Positions 63,030 through 64,000 of a stretch of 64,000 nucleotides of DNA are shown piece after piece. Source of the stretch: Chiloscyllium plagiosum (lineage: Eukaryota); the NCBI RefSeq assembly GCF_004010195.1, contig NC_057719.1, positions 41,051,318-41,115,317 on the forward strand, read 5' to 3'. A program made the position numbers and the translations under genes. The notes beneath the pieces are model-generated. The model was not told where the DNA came from. It did not search any database and was given only the letters and a program-made list of their open reading frames with translations. The first letter of the stretch is position 1. Every line of letters starts with the position of its first letter.

Positions 63030-63917
63030 CAATCCGCACTACACACTGTCTTGCTTGCACGGGCATACACACACTCACGCAGACCCTCTCTCATACATAA
63101 CTCTTTCTCATGTGCTCACACATGCACATCCCCCATATTCACATCCACACACGCACCCTCTCACAGACTTATACCTCTTTGCACTCACACAGATACACAT
63201 ATACATACGCTCTCACAGATACTCACACACACCCACTTGCACACATAAGTTTGTGGGGTGAATTTGCACTTGCAGAATTATATTTTACTTTGCGCAAAAA
63301 CTGCATGAATCCATGTAAGATTCTGTAAATCTGTTTTTTAGATTAGAATCAGTCTGACCATTGTGGCACAGACAGCCTCACACAGGGAATTTCACACCTT
63401 CAATATATTATCTAGGCCAACATGACTCCAATTGTTAAAGTTCACTTGAGAATGTAACTTTAAAAAATGTTTTGCGATTTGCATATGAAAGAACTGAAAC
63501 CAACATGGTCATTCTAAAAGATGAAAGACTTAACAAACAATCCAGGTCTTTTTCAATATATAATTTCAGTTACATCACACTGTAAACTTTTGCTATAAAT
63601 TCTGTGTTTTACAATCTTATTCTCCACAACCACCTGATGAAGGAGCAGCACTCCGAAAGCTAGTGCTTCCAAATAAAACTGTTAGGCTATAACCTGGTGT
63701 GTATGCATGGTGTGGGGGGGGGGGGGGGGGTGGCGCTTATGTGGGTCTGTGAGAGAATGGGTGTTTGTGTGTGTCTGTGAGTGTAAAGGGGTTTAAGTCT
63801 GTGAGAGGGTGTGTGTGGGAGCCTATGTGTGAGTGTATGAGAGAGGGTCTGTGTGAGTGTGTGTCTGTTGCTGTGTGTGTATGTGTGTATTATGCAATGG
63901 TGTCACCTGTAGTGTGA
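63030..63917 (+). mobile_element. PLE family B long 3' region (CA-rich UTR and terminal repeat) followed by an inverted copy of the CA-rich part
   Basis: 63630-63700 matches the family B hairpin arms; 63770-63880 is the reverse complement of ~63060-63200. Confidence 0.75.
63634..63662 (+). ncRNA. Minimal hammerhead ribozyme motif (family B), intact
   Basis: CTGATGA-A-GGAG-CAGCA-CTCC-GAAA-GCTA; helix I CAC/GTG. Confidence 0.8.
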
Positions 63918-63920
63918 CTT

Positions 63921-64000
63921 TCACTGTCTATCCTATCTAATCCTCTGATCATCTTGTATGTCTCTATCAAATCCCCTCTTAGCCTTCTTCTTTCCAATGA
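63921..64000 (-). mobile_element. CR1 fragment running off the window end
   Basis: Minus-strand SLERRRLRGDLIETYKMIRGLDRID. Confidence 0.85.

Overview
Non-coding, retroelement-saturated vertebrate DNA. The repeat repertoire (CR1/HER1-type LINEs with ATGACTCT tails, HE1-type V-SINEs, Deu-domain SINEs, L2, Rex1) points to a cartilaginous fish (shark); this assignment is an inference. I found no intact host protein-coding gene, rRNA, tRNA or CRISPR array. The recognisable ORFs are decayed fragments of CR1, L2, Rex1, Penelope-like elements (PLE), Harbinger and Gypsy. There are two assembly gaps (41727-42243, 55673-56520). The most notable signal is a dense population of minimal type I hammerhead ribozyme motifs (CUGANGA + 1 extra nt, helix II, GAAA, self-complementary tetramer, NUH) carried by four distinct PLE terminal-repeat families (my labels A-D), whose helices differ in sequence but keep their pairing. 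Many copies are 90-320 bp insertions flanked by 11-17 bp target-site duplications (TSDs): either ribozyme-plus-tail units or fold-back hairpins that often turn around at the ribozyme core. Nested insertions, captured SINE 5' heads and locally born minisatellites are also present. Family names rest on my recall of consensus motifs, not on a database search, and boundaries of old repeats are approximate.
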